Shown: positions 1 through 9,542 of the stretch, in pieces
How the letters are laid out: each line of letters opens with the position of its first letter
Numbering within the stretch: position 1 is the stretch's first letter
Sequence record: MN562221.1
DNA length: 24,000 nt
Direction: 5' to 3' (one strand)
Source of the DNA: Photobacterium phage PDCC-1
The notes under the pieces: generated by a model
What the model was told of the DNA's origin: nothing
The model's database searches: none
What the model saw: only the letters and a program-made list of their open reading frames with translations
Program-made: the position numbers and the translations under genes

Positions 1-1
1 T

Positions 2-940
2 TTGATCGAACGCTGTACTCGTGAGATGATGTTTGTATTTGCCATCTTTGAACACGTTCAAAGTAAAGGGTTGGATTTATTCTTAGAAGACAAAACGCCT
101 GAAGACATCTGGTACAAAAAGTTCCGCGATGGCGTTAGCGCGATGGACCAAGTCCTTGACAGTGATCTGTTGGAGTCTCCTGAGTCGATGACTAAAGAAC
201 AGCGTGAATCTGTGGATAAAAACATGGAGACGTTGGAAGTGGACGGCATGGAAGGTTTCTGGAAGGAACTGGATCAATCTCAATCACTTCTCTTACTTAA
301 GTTAACTGGCAATGAAGACTTTAAAGAAGACGTAAAACGCATGGCAGGTAAAGCGGCAGAAATGTTAACCGCTGCTATGAAGTCTTTGAAGGCTCGTTTT
401 GAAGAACGTAAGAAAGAAGGTTCTAAGGAAGCTGAGACCGTCAAGAAAGCTATCGATGAATCTATTGATAAGCTAAAAGGTATGGCGGGTGAACCTGATT
501 CAGGTCATGTTAAGCAATTGCAACAACGTTTAGAGAAAGCTGGGTTTAAAGACCAAGCAAGTAAACTGAACGGTGTTACGACTTACACTCAGTTGAGTCA
601 AGCATTGTCTACCATCTCAGGTGAATTCGGTTCCATGATTTCAGAGATGAAAGAAGCGGAAGCCAAACTGCGTGAAGCAGAAGCAAAAGTTAAAGAAGCT
701 TCTACTCCTCCAGCCGGTACAAGTGACGATGCCGATGAGAACACTAAGGGTCAAATTAAGACTCAAATGTCCGAAGCTCAGAAAACCGCTAAAGAGCTAA
801 TGAAAGCAGCGTCTGACTCGATCGGTGAATCCATGAAGTCGATGGCAATGCTACGTGGGATCAAAGCAACACTTGATCGTGTTACCGAATCCAACAAAGA
901 AAAAGAAAAAGTCGACGGTCAAGAATCGTGGATGCTCTAA
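2..940 (+). CDS. Probable phiKZ-like internal head / prohead-processed structural protein (may be 5'-partial)
   Basis: Open from the window edge to TAA at 938-940. Charged helical composition rich in K/E, with VDGMEGF resembling the VAGMEGF motif in the capsid protein ORF. Followed by a hairpin terminator. The annotated TTG start at 2 may be internal to a longer gene. Confidence 0.55.
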   Translation: MIERCTREMMFVFAIFEHVQSKGLDLFLEDKTPEDIWYKKFRDGVSAMDQVLDSDLLESPESMTKEQRESVDKNMETLEVDGMEGFWKELDQSQSLLLLKLTGNEDFKEDVKRMAGKAAEMLTAAMKSLKARFEERKKEGSKEAETVKKAIDESIDKLKGMAGEPDSGHVKQLQQRLEKAGFKDQASKLNGVTTYTQLSQALSTISGEFGSMISEMKEAEAKLREAEAKVKEASTPPAGTSDDADENTKGQIKTQMSEAQKTAKELMKAASDSIGESMKSMAMLRGIKATLDRVTESNKEKEKVDGQESWML

Positions 941-948
941 ACTGAACG

Positions 949-970
949 GGTGGGTCCTTCGGGATCCACC
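949..970 (+). terminator. Rho-independent-like terminator with UUCG tetraloop
   Basis: GGTGGGTCC-TTCG-GGATCCACC, 9-bp stem with one G.U pair, followed by tctttattcgatttt. Confidence 0.8.
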
Positions 971-1011
971 TCTTTATTCGATTTTATGATTATTCACTGA
1001 AGGGGGAGTTT

Positions 1012-2610
1012 ATGCTCACTGCTCTTTTTGATGCAGGTGAGACGTATCGTAATGCGACACGTCCCGCTATTCTCGACAGCATCTACTCTGTATTGGAGTA
1101 CTACCAAGTTCGAGAAAAAGACCTGACGGTGTACCTGAATGGCGAAGCACAAGACGCTCGACCTATGTACTCCAGCCCGGAAGACGGACCAAGGTCAGGT
1201 CAGTACACTGATTTCATATTTCGTAATAAACTGTTTGCCGTAGCAGAAGTGGTCACCACGGAGTTCAACTCAGGTTACGGTAACATGGGGAGACAACTAA
1301 ACAACTTCCCGTTATGGTACAATTCTTTTGTTCGTACTAATATGGTTCCTATCTTTGAGGGTCGTAAAGTGAACGTCGATTGTAACGTTCATTTCAATAC
1401 CCGACAACAAGCTAAGAACTTCCGCAACCGACTTCAACGTATCTACGACTTACAAGGAGCACAACCTTGGTTCCGTGCTCATATTCATTACCCTGTCCCT
1501 TACGAGTTCATGTTACTAACCAGTCACTTGAAACAACTTAGTGAAGCGGCAGGACTTAGTTCTACAGAAGAAGAGTACCCAGATTGGTTTATTCGTCACT
1601 GTACAGCACCCACAAGCATTTTAACTAACGCAGCGGGCGAACATCCTATCTTTGGGATTAAACGTCGTATAGAGAACTCTGAGTTGATATTAGAAGAGCC
1701 TACGATTGCATTGGTACAACGTAACCAAGAAGTCTTAGGTAAATACGAAGTCAGCTTCCGCTACTCTTTCTATTGGCAAGAACTCACTAACTGGAAGGTC
1801 ACTTATCCATTGATGGTTAATCAGCTTCCGATTAGTTCGGACTTCGTTAATTCCCCATTAGTTGAACCAGGGAATCCGCACAGTCCATTTAAGTTCTTTG
1901 AATTGCAGGCTGGTGATTCTATCAAAGGCTTTGACGGGACTAAGCATTACTACCATGCTCGCTATCCGTTGTATGACCCTTGGTTCCCACCACCGAACTA
2001 TGATCGTGTAGAACCTAAGGTTATCGTTAACTTTACAGTTAAGAATGAAACAGACAAGCAGTTCTTGTTCAACATCAAAGAAATCCCAGGCATGCAATGG
2101 AATCCCATCATTCTCCAGTTTATCCTGAAGTACCATGATTTGATTACCGTTAGAAACAATCTAGTCCTTTGGATACAGCTTTATTCTGATGACCTCCCAG
2201 TACTACAGGAAGACATCGAACTGGATGAAGAAGGTAACCTGTTTTTATTGAGAGATCCGGTAATAGAGAACAACTACCGCTTTGTACTGAACATCGATGG
2301 TATGTTAGGTCTACTTACTGATCAAGGTAAACGTCTCATTATCGAAGATGACAACTACCGCCTCAAAGTACTTCCTGAAGTGTTCCCTTGGTGGAACTGG
2401 AACACGCTTAAAGAAGTAGAAGAAGCAGGACCGTGGGGATCGACCGGAACACCCGTCCCCGGGTGGGAGACAGGTGGTAAGGATTATTACGACGATCACG
2501 TTGTGGTGACCTTGGAAGAATTGGAAAAGGCAATCGATATGATCGCGGCTTTACCAGAGTTCCCTGACACTCCTTCATTCATGCTAGACATGTCCTTAGT
2601 AGTGAGGTGA
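1012..2610 (+). CDS. Probable virion structural protein (phiKZ-like)
   Basis: 532-aa ORF with upstream AAGGGGGAG Shine-Dalgarno (SD) sequence, first gene of a tightly packed operon 1012-5938. Large beta-rich protein. Function inferred from context only. Confidence 0.6.
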   Translation: MLTALFDAGETYRNATRPAILDSIYSVLEYYQVREKDLTVYLNGEAQDARPMYSSPEDGPRSGQYTDFIFRNKLFAVAEVVTTEFNSGYGNMGRQLNNFPLWYNSFVRTNMVPIFEGRKVNVDCNVHFNTRQQAKNFRNRLQRIYDLQGAQPWFRAHIHYPVPYEFMLLTSHLKQLSEAAGLSSTEEEYPDWFIRHCTAPTSILTNAAGEHPIFGIKRRIENSELILEEPTIALVQRNQEVLGKYEVSFRYSFYWQELTNWKVTYPLMVNQLPISSDFVNSPLVEPGNPHSPFKFFELQAGDSIKGFDGTKHYYHARYPLYDPWFPPPNYDRVEPKVIVNFTVKNETDKQFLFNIKEIPGMQWNPIILQFILKYHDLITVRNNLVLWIQLYSDDLPVLQEDIELDEEGNLFLLRDPVIENNYRFVLNIDGMLGLLTDQGKRLIIEDDNYRLKVLPEVFPWWNWNTLKEVEEAGPWGSTGTPVPGWETGGKDYYDDHVVVTLEELEKAIDMIAALPEFPDTPSFMLDMSLVVR

Positions 2611-2614
2611 CAAA

Positions 2615-3904
2615 ATGTCTTTTTTAGAACAAGCTCCGGGAATCAATGATAAACCGGATTTAAATAAACCTACGGTATATGCTAAAGAGTACCGTCACTC
2701 TATTGTGGACTCTGAGTACATTCCACACACGAGTTTGTTACACAACGTTAGTGGTCAACCTATTCGTTGCGATTACTACCGTCAGTACTTAGGGCAAGAC
2801 GAAGAAGTCGTCGGTTTACAGTTAAACGATATCGTAACGTATCAGTCGTACACCGAGATCAAGAGTCTGGTCTACAAGCGAGATGGTGACCCTTCTCGTA
2901 ACTGGAATGAGGAACGCTACGAAGTTAACCAAACTTGGGTAGGGTATTTTGTCTTTGACCTACAGCCTTTGAAAGCGGACATCTTTGTTCAAGATATAGG
3001 TGATGGACGCGCAGGTTTAATCCAGCTCACTAAAACTCCAGAGCCTATGTCGATTGCCAAAGACAAAGTTTACATGTGTGAGTGCACTTTGTTGGCGGAG
3101 ATGAATGAAACGATCGAAGCGAACATTCGCAGTAAGGTGGTGGAAACTTCATGGTTCTCGGCAGAATCAGCACTTAAGGGTGGTCAAGCGATCATCACTG
3201 AGGAAAACCGTCAGCTAAACCAAAAACTAGATCGTTGGGCTTACATGATCTCACAACACCTGTTGACGAATCATTACTGGAACCCAGAACGTACAATCGC
3301 TATTGTGGAAGATGATAAGTTGTATTATTACGACGCCTTCTTGGTCCGTTACTTACAACGTGTTATCCCCCACAAATACATCCCGGGTGCGTCTCCGATC
3401 GAATCGCTTAACTTTAAGGTGGGTCGTAATTTCAATTACGATAAAGAGCTCACCATTTGGGATTGTTTCATTCAAGGTTCGTTTGACTTCTTACCAATGG
3501 TGAGTAAAGAACTCTATAAGTATAACCGGACTTCGATGATGTCGTCCCGAGGCTATACTGGTTTCCTTGCCACCAAGTTTGACTACATCTTGCTCCCTAG
3601 TAAACTGGAGTTCAATGAACTCAACTCTCTTTACATTTCAAGAGACAACGGGTTTGCTCCTCGCCCTCCTATGGAAGAAGGTGTCAAGGTCCCTAACTAT
3701 TTCTCCGAAGAGTTTTACAACGGGGGATACAAAGGTGAGTTTGAGCAATGGTGTAAGGAGTTCTTTGGTGATCGCACGGTCGATCGAGAGAAGATTTTAA
3801 AATTCTGTGAAGCGTATAACACGTGGTCGCCGAAAGATCAAATCTACCGAGCAGGTATATTGGTCTCAGCGATCATGACATCTAAACGCGTATTTGGAGG
3901 TTAA
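2615..3904 (+). CDS. Probable virion structural protein (phiKZ-like)
   Basis: 429-aa ORF starting 4 nt after the previous stop, SD GAGGTGA. Same operon. Confidence 0.6.
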   Translation: MSFLEQAPGINDKPDLNKPTVYAKEYRHSIVDSEYIPHTSLLHNVSGQPIRCDYYRQYLGQDEEVVGLQLNDIVTYQSYTEIKSLVYKRDGDPSRNWNEERYEVNQTWVGYFVFDLQPLKADIFVQDIGDGRAGLIQLTKTPEPMSIAKDKVYMCECTLLAEMNETIEANIRSKVVETSWFSAESALKGGQAIITEENRQLNQKLDRWAYMISQHLLTNHYWNPERTIAIVEDDKLYYYDAFLVRYLQRVIPHKYIPGASPIESLNFKVGRNFNYDKELTIWDCFIQGSFDFLPMVSKELYKYNRTSMMSSRGYTGFLATKFDYILLPSKLEFNELNSLYISRDNGFAPRPPMEEGVKVPNYFSEEFYNGGYKGEFEQWCKEFFGDRTVDREKILKFCEAYNTWSPKDQIYRAGILVSAIMTSKRVFGG

Positions 3905-3905
3905 T

Positions 3906-4598
3906 GTGGACATCGTCCGTTACACTTATGTTCGTAAACGTTTGATTGATTTATGGCGAGAACTTTCTTATGAAGGATTCCGCATGTTTGTTCCAGCTCA
4001 AATGTTCATGACAAAAGATCAAATACAAAACCACGAACACGTCAGCTACCAAGATTCCTTTGGCTGGGGAGATAGCATTCGTACCCATCAACCGTTCTTG
4101 ATTACGGTCCCAATGCTTAAGGACTTAATCAAAGGTATTAACAAAGAGTCAAGTATTGGGTTTTATGACGCGGACGATTCCATAAGACTTTTCACTCACA
4201 TCACTGAATACTTAGACTTGTGGATGGAAATTGCAAATGACGCCCCTCAATACTACATTCCGCATGTGCCGGAGCTTTATGAGTTAGAAGACGTCGCCTT
4301 GTGGGTGTTCCACACTTATCGTCCCGTCATGATCCATAGAGCTAATATGAAGCTCGCTAAGCGCCGTGCAGAAGGGGAAGACCTAACTATGAATCCATTC
4401 TTGCTCTTATTGAGAATGGGTGCTTCTGAGTCCGTAGACGAGATTCCAGAAGAAGTTAGCTTCAGCAGTATACTTGATGATCGCCTCCCTGCTCGATTGA
4501 GAGACTACTACACTCAAAGTAAACGTGCGGCAGCTTCAATGGACGTGGAAGAAGAATGGCGTATTAACATGGCTGATATCGCCGACCTCATTGCTTAG
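3906..4598 (+). CDS. Hypothetical / probable structural protein, GTG start
   Basis: The ORF track starts at TTG 3894, but that TTGGAGG is a good SD. GTG at 3906 with 5-nt spacing is the more likely start. Gives about 230 aa. Confidence 0.6.
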   Translation: MDIVRYTYVRKRLIDLWRELSYEGFRMFVPAQMFMTKDQIQNHEHVSYQDSFGWGDSIRTHQPFLITVPMLKDLIKGINKESSIGFYDADDSIRLFTHITEYLDLWMEIANDAPQYYIPHVPELYELEDVALWVFHTYRPVMIHRANMKLAKRRAEGEDLTMNPFLLLLRMGASESVDEIPEEVSFSSILDDRLPARLRDYYTQSKRAAASMDVEEEWRINMADIADLIA

Positions 4599-4606
4599 GA
4601 GTTACT

Positions 4607-5938
4607 ATGATACCTTTAGAACTCAGTAACCTCATGGAACAAGCTCAGCTCAACGCAACCAAACCTGCTCCGATTGTTTACGAGTTGGAAGGGATGTTTG
4701 TGCTTCCGGAAGGTTACGTGAGCATTATTGGTGTGGAGCGCATCACTGGTTTAGCCAATTACGTTGGCGCAAGGAGTGACGACATCCGGGTGAGGGTTCG
4801 CATTCAACCCGGTGTTTATCAGCGTGAAGTATTGCCCTACAAAGACGATCTACAATTCGAACTTATTACGACCACTGATGCTGGTTCTGAAGTTCGTTAT
4901 TATCGTTGCATTCCATTATCGGTGAACGATACGGAATCCTTAGGCAATACGACTAAGGAAATGGACCTCGGCCTTTACGATGACCAAAACTTTATTAGTC
5001 TAGACTTCCAGCTAATGGACTTAGGGTTTTCTAAACTGCGGACCATACCTTACTCCGACGTGTTCTTATCAGCAAATGTAAAAGATGTTATCCACTACGC
5101 ATTAAGTTCTGAAACGATCGACCTTGGGTTAAGCGGTCAAGATAAATTCAAAGGTGTCTTTATAGAAGAACCTGTGGACAACACGGTAGTCTACCGACAA
5201 ATCACTTTCCCTCAAGGTAAGACAAACTTAATCAACGTCGTACAGTTCCTGCAAGAAACCGACTACGGGGTTTACTCTCGAGGAGTAGGTTCGTACTACG
5301 CTAAAGGAGAGTGGCGTGTCTACACGTTATGGGATACTGTAAAATATGACCGCAGTGACTATACGTTGGATATTATCCGTGTGCCTGAAGATGTCATGCC
5401 GACCATTGAAGCTTCCTACTACCTGAACGACACTAACTTAAGTATCGTTTCCAGTGGACGTGGTGAGTTGCGTAACTCTGTCGATATACAACTTCAGAAC
5501 AAAGGCACTGGTCAACAGATCATCTCGAGTAAAACCGCTAACGGCATGGTAGGTAGTCACTATGAGAAAGGGCAAGTCTTGCTGACACGTCAAGACTCAT
5601 TAACTCAATACCGTACCGTAGAGCGTAAGTCTGGAGAAGAGCGCATTAACGTTAATCCCGTTCCCACCAACAACGTCGCCCGTGAACTGTCTAAGTCTCG
5701 AGTGAACAATGGTGAGATTCTCACTATTCCTTGGAAGAACGCGGACCCTCGTTTGGTGCGCCCTGGTATGCCTTTCCGTTATTACTACTTAACGTCGGAA
5801 GGTTTGGTGAAACAACGTACGGGAACCGTCATTGGTATGGCGTTCGATTACGTGCCTAAAGACGCGTCTCCTCAGTACATGTTTTATTGCAACGTAAACT
5901 TAACTCTGTTTATGGGTCTGGAAGAACAATACGTTTAA
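4607..5938 (+). CDS. Probable virion structural protein (phiKZ-like)
   Basis: 443-aa ORF, SD TTAGGAG, last gene before a strong hairpin. Confidence 0.6.
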   Translation: MIPLELSNLMEQAQLNATKPAPIVYELEGMFVLPEGYVSIIGVERITGLANYVGARSDDIRVRVRIQPGVYQREVLPYKDDLQFELITTTDAGSEVRYYRCIPLSVNDTESLGNTTKEMDLGLYDDQNFISLDFQLMDLGFSKLRTIPYSDVFLSANVKDVIHYALSSETIDLGLSGQDKFKGVFIEEPVDNTVVYRQITFPQGKTNLINVVQFLQETDYGVYSRGVGSYYAKGEWRVYTLWDTVKYDRSDYTLDIIRVPEDVMPTIEASYYLNDTNLSIVSSGRGELRNSVDIQLQNKGTGQQIISSKTANGMVGSHYEKGQVLLTRQDSLTQYRTVERKSGEERINVNPVPTNNVARELSKSRVNNGEILTIPWKNADPRLVRPGMPFRYYYLTSEGLVKQRTGTVIGMAFDYVPKDASPQYMFYCNVNLTLFMGLEEQYV

Positions 5939-5969
5939 TAACTACGGTGGACAGAGTCCACCGTAGTTA
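5939..5969 (+). terminator. Rho-independent-like terminator
   Basis: TAACTACGGTGGAC-AGA-GTCCACCGTAGTTA, 14-bp perfect stem immediately after the stop codon, followed by cttttgc. Confidence 0.85.
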
Positions 5970-6057
5970 CTTTTGCATTCATATTTTTTCAAATCTATAT
6001 CACCTACATGAAACTAAGAACAGTTTCATTTTCATTAACCTTAATAGGAAACCAACT

Positions 6058-7485
6058 ATGTCTGATAATAACGAATACCAAACACGTAAAAATGCAATGT
6101 TAGGTCTTATTGAAGAAAACCAACATGACGCTTTGAAATCCCTGGTGGTGACAGTTCACAAACCTTGTCCAGAAGGTCAAGGAGAAGTCCGACTTACTTC
6201 TCCTATCGAGATCCAACCCTTCATCAAAGATAAGGATCCTGAAAACATTTATTGTCTCATCGATGGTCGTCCCACCACCCCTGAAACACTAAAAGAAATG
6301 AGTATGCCGGGGGACTTACTTCGAGTGGATTTAAAAGAAGATTCGGTCACAATGGAGTTGATCAAATGCTTAGGTCGCTGCAACTACGCCATAGTTGGTG
6401 ATCCGACCGGACTGATAGAAACCCTGAGAACTCAATTAAAACCCAAAGAAGTGCGCTTCTATCAAGGCAACCATGAAACGGACTTAATTACTATTTCTGA
6501 ACAAATAGAAGTAGAAGATAGCTTCATGGTGGAAGTGTTTGGTGGACGCATTAACATCACATTACTGGATGGTGAGAAACAACCTAAGCTAAATCCTCAC
6601 ATGCAGTCGGATGCATTCGTTTGTTTAAAATCTTTGTGGTTAGGAACCATAAAAGATATCGACGAAACTAAGCCGGATTTTTCTATACGGAGAATGGGTT
6701 TACATGGTCGCAGTGATACGCAGTTTCTATCAAGACAAGTGATTCATCGACCTCACATCGAGTTCTCCACTCGTATTGTGGAAGGATTCATGACCGAGGA
6801 GCGAGCCGATCAACTTCGTGAACTGGCTGAAAGTCTAGAGTGTTACGTTGGGAACACTAAGTGTGACGTGGAAGAGTTTCTTCACATCATGGACCCAGAT
6901 GATATTTTACTGTTACAGATCTTCAGTGATAAGCTTCGTCTGGTCGTTAACCAAGCGGTTGGGGTCTTTCAGCATCAAATTAAAGACAGCACGGACGGAA
7001 CCAAATTAGCTGTACTGAAGCGAGCAAAGTCTATGTTGACTAATTCGACATTTGGTGCTTACGGAACTCCGTACACACTAAGTGCTCCTAAGACCTACCT
7101 TGGTCCCAAAGCTGTGCCACCTTCTGTGTTCATTAACTACTTAAAGAAAGGCGACACCCTAGTTTCACATTCACTGGGAGTGTCGTCGGCAATAAGTTGT
7201 GAACGCGCAGACAAACAAGATTACTCGGAATCTAAATTGTTTGTAGATTGTACGATTCACTCTCCTCAGTTGGATGGTGAGGGATCCACATTATTAGAAG
7301 ACGGGTTTGTTAAAGAAATAACAGACGCGTTAGTGGATCAAGATCTGATTCTACCTAATTGGGAGTCAAAAGCAACTTTAGTATGTCCTACGGCGTTTTC
7401 TAAACTACCTGTCAAAGGTGTGAAACTTAAACAGTCTCGTAAAGAGATGTCGCCATTAATGAAGCGCATGATGAAGCGCCTTTAA
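6058..7485 (+). CDS. Hypothetical phage protein, about 475 aa
   Basis: The ORF track opens at 5887 inside the previous gene and terminator. ATG at 6058 (MSDNNEYQTRKNAML) preceded by aataggaaacc fits better. Confidence 0.7.
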   Translation: MSDNNEYQTRKNAMLGLIEENQHDALKSLVVTVHKPCPEGQGEVRLTSPIEIQPFIKDKDPENIYCLIDGRPTTPETLKEMSMPGDLLRVDLKEDSVTMELIKCLGRCNYAIVGDPTGLIETLRTQLKPKEVRFYQGNHETDLITISEQIEVEDSFMVEVFGGRINITLLDGEKQPKLNPHMQSDAFVCLKSLWLGTIKDIDETKPDFSIRRMGLHGRSDTQFLSRQVIHRPHIEFSTRIVEGFMTEERADQLRELAESLECYVGNTKCDVEEFLHIMDPDDILLLQIFSDKLRLVVNQAVGVFQHQIKDSTDGTKLAVLKRAKSMLTNSTFGAYGTPYTLSAPKTYLGPKAVPPSVFINYLKKGDTLVSHSLGVSSAISCERADKQDYSESKLFVDCTIHSPQLDGEGSTLLEDGFVKEITDALVDQDLILPNWESKATLVCPTAFSKLPVKGVKLKQSRKEMSPLMKRMMKRL

Positions 7486-7539
7486 TTCATCAACCGATAA
7501 CAACTGATTTTACCAATGCATCAATTAAGGATTTATACC

Positions 7540-7938
7540 ATGACTATCAAGAAAGACGGCTCACTAAACCAAATTCGTATCTTCGCACTAGTTCAGCTAA
7601 GCAGCTGGATTTATCGTCACCATAAAGTGAAGAGTATCAAAGCGATGGCGGAGGTGGCTGAAGTGAGTCCTTCAACGTTGAGCTCCATTAAGAACGGTAG
7701 CGTTAAAAGCATCTCACTTAATCGCATCTTTGCTATTATGGATAACTTGAACATCAACTACACTTTTCAAATGGTACGTCGTAGAGGGATCACCAGCTAT
7801 TCGTTCCAGATGGACGTGTATAACGTTCGTAAGTCCGATACAAGAGAACTAGAAGTTAGCTACCAAGAAGAGTACAACCAACTTCGTAGTCACCATCAGT
7901 TAAACGAAACTAGTTTCAATAACGTCGTACACCTTTAA
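7540..7938 (+). CDS. Small helix-turn-helix (XRE/Cro-like) DNA-binding protein, putative regulator
   Basis: ATG 7540 preceded by TTAAGG. The protein contains IKAMAEVAEVSPSTLSSIKNGSVKSISLNRIFAIMDNLNINYTF, a Cro/C1-type HTH pattern. Confidence 0.6.
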   Translation: MTIKKDGSLNQIRIFALVQLSSWIYRHHKVKSIKAMAEVAEVSPSTLSSIKNGSVKSISLNRIFAIMDNLNINYTFQMVRRRGITSYSFQMDVYNVRKSDTRELEVSYQEEYNQLRSHHQLNETSFNNVVHL

Positions 7939-7947
7939 TCCACCTAA

Positions 7948-7979
7948 ATACTCAGGGGTCCTTCGGGGTCCCTGAGTAT
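7948..7979 (+). terminator. Hairpin with UUCG loop, terminator-like or processing element
   Basis: ATACTCAGGG(GTCC)-TTCG-(GGGT)CCCTGAGTAT, about 14-bp stem with two central wobbles. It lacks a clear U-tract and is followed directly by the SD of the next small ORF. Confidence 0.6.
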
Positions 7980-7990
7980 AGGAGTTTATT

Positions 7991-8152
7991 ATGTTTTTAA
8001 AAGTTAATCCTATCTCACCTTATTTTGGTCATCACTCTAAACCAATCATCCAGAGTCAAACAAAACGCCGTAAAACGAACAGAGACAGCGATAAAGACTT
8101 TCAGGCTGTATTGGTCCGAGAATTAAACAAAACGGTAAACAGAGGGCGTTGA
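7991..8152 (+). CDS. Small hypothetical protein, 53 aa (absent from the supplied ORF track)
   Basis: ATG at 7991 with GGAG at 7981-7984. Encodes MFLKVNPISPYFGHHSKPIIQSQTKRRKTNRDSDKDFQAVLVRELNKTVNRGR, and its TGA is separated from the next ATG by 1 nt. Confidence 0.6.
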   Translation: MFLKVNPISPYFGHHSKPIIQSQTKRRKTNRDSDKDFQAVLVRELNKTVNRGR

Positions 8153-8153
8153 G

Positions 8154-8465
8154 ATGCGTTTATTTAACTGTTTCAAAAAGAAACCCAAAGACTTTCCTTA
8201 TGAGAATGTCGCAAGACTGTTAATAAGAACCAGTCCAGAAGAAGAACTCACTTTGAGAGTGACTCGATACAAGGACTTGTATTTCGTTAACGCTTACGAT
8301 ATTTTCCGATGGAGTAATGGGACTTGGTATAATCAGTACGTTGATCAAGCATCGGACGAATTCCTGATCTCTGCTCTAAGGTCATTAAAGTGTGAGTTCG
8401 TAGTATCTGAATTTAATAACTTAATTCACGGAACTCTATTACTTGATCATTTCGAATCTAAGTAA
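8154..8465 (+). CDS. Hypothetical protein, 103 aa
   Basis: ATG one nucleotide after the preceding stop; AGAGGGCG upstream. Confidence 0.6.
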   Translation: MRLFNCFKKKPKDFPYENVARLLIRTSPEEELTLRVTRYKDLYFVNAYDIFRWSNGTWYNQYVDQASDEFLISALRSLKCEFVVSEFNNLIHGTLLLDHFESK

Positions 8466-8565
8466 AATATTTTCTTACTGTGAAAGTTATCCTAATGGGG
8501 GAGGGGGCAAAGACTTGAAAACATCGAAGATAATTTAATTAATATATTAAGTTAAATATACCTTA

Positions 8566-8625
8566 GAGTATATACGACATTACGAAGTGATGGGAGTATA
8601 TACGGTGAGTATTACGAAGTAATAC
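8566..8625. repeat. Imperfect direct repeats with internal dyads, candidate promoter/operator region
   Basis: GAGTATATACG at 8566-8576 and 8594-8604. CATTAC-GAA-GTGATG near 8578 and GTATTAC-GAA-GTAATAC at 8609-8625. Confidence 0.55.
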
Positions 8626-8702
8626 GGATAAAGGTTATTTAACGTATACTGCATTAAAGACCGTTAGGTCACGATAACAATTGATAACAAAGAGAATACA
8701 TT

Positions 8703-9542
8703 ATGACTAAGCTAACTTACACTCAGCGTTTCGCTACTCGTTTTGAAAAGAAAATCATGTCTCAACAGCCTGAACTGTTAAAGCTATACCAGCGTATTTG
8801 TGGTCACGACTACTGGTATGATTTTTGTGACGCGTTACCGGGCTGGCGTGCAGGTCTAGAGAGTGAACGAGATATCATTCGACAGTTAGATGAAAATAAA
8901 GAACACAAATACTATCCTATCTTGCAATGCCTCTGGAGTAACAAAGGGGATAAGGAATCGATCGATAGTGGGAACGTGTTCGAGGAGTGGTTAGAAAAAT
9001 ACCGAGATGAGTCCATGGATATGTATCGTTTCTTAGAGACACTAGATCGTCTTCAAATGGATGATGAGAAAATTGCTAGAGCGGTTAGAGCAATGCGTCA
9101 AGTAAGTAAGTTCTTGATTGAAGAATCCGAGGTAGAATCTAAAGTCGTTGACTACTTCCCTAAGTTGGTTTACACGAAACACTTGGGTCCTAAGTCGATC
9201 GGTAAGTGTTACGTAGATAAAGTTCAACTTCCTAGAAAACTCCAGCGTTTCACAGAGGTGATGGTAACACGTGCCGAAATGTATGACTTTGATTGTTTAG
9301 GATTACTTACCCCTCATGTCGGTACGTTTGATACGGTCCGTTTTGATCCTGAGTCAGAGAACGAAGAACACTTGGCTTACATCAAGGGATATCACTTCAA
9401 GTCAGTATACATCCTTAAAGGCAAACTACTGGCTAAAATTCGTCGTATTGAACTGCGTGATCTGAAAGATCTAACCGAGGTGTTAAGAGGAAAGGGATCA
9501 GTTCAATCTCTTTACACTCCTAAAGACCTGGAGCGCGTATGA
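8703..9542 (+). CDS. Hypothetical protein, 279 aa
   Basis: ORF with AAAGAGAA upstream of ATG, first gene of a coupled cluster. Confidence 0.65.
   Translation: MTKLTYTQRFATRFEKKIMSQQPELLKLYQRICGHDYWYDFCDALPGWRAGLESERDIIRQLDENKEHKYYPILQCLWSNKGDKESIDSGNVFEEWLEKYRDESMDMYRFLETLDRLQMDDEKIARAVRAMRQVSKFLIEESEVESKVVDYFPKLVYTKHLGPKSIGKCYVDKVQLPRKLQRFTEVMVTRAEMYDFDCLGLLTPHVGTFDTVRFDPESENEEHLAYIKGYHFKSVYILKGKLLAKIRRIELRDLKDLTEVLRGKGSVQSLYTPKDLERV

Noticed and set aside
58-283. Overlapping short minus-strand ORFs (63 and 66 aa)
   Set aside because: Fully antisense to the continuous plus-strand ORF, no SD, low-complexity translations. Typical shadow ORFs.
1858-3800. Short internal ORFs at 1858-2136 (-), 2311-2499 (-), 3303-3503 (+), 3567-3800 (+)
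   Set aside because: Nested in structural genes with good SD and continuous reading frames. No independent signals.
8495-8518. G-quadruplex candidate from the two G5 runs
   Set aside because: Only two G-runs are present. An intramolecular quadruplex needs four.
8566-8625. CRISPR-like array
   Set aside because: Only two imperfect 28-nt units without distinct spacers. Better read as promoter/operator repeats.
9042-9227. Minus-strand 61-aa ORF
   Set aside because: Antisense to the 279-aa gene, no supporting start context.
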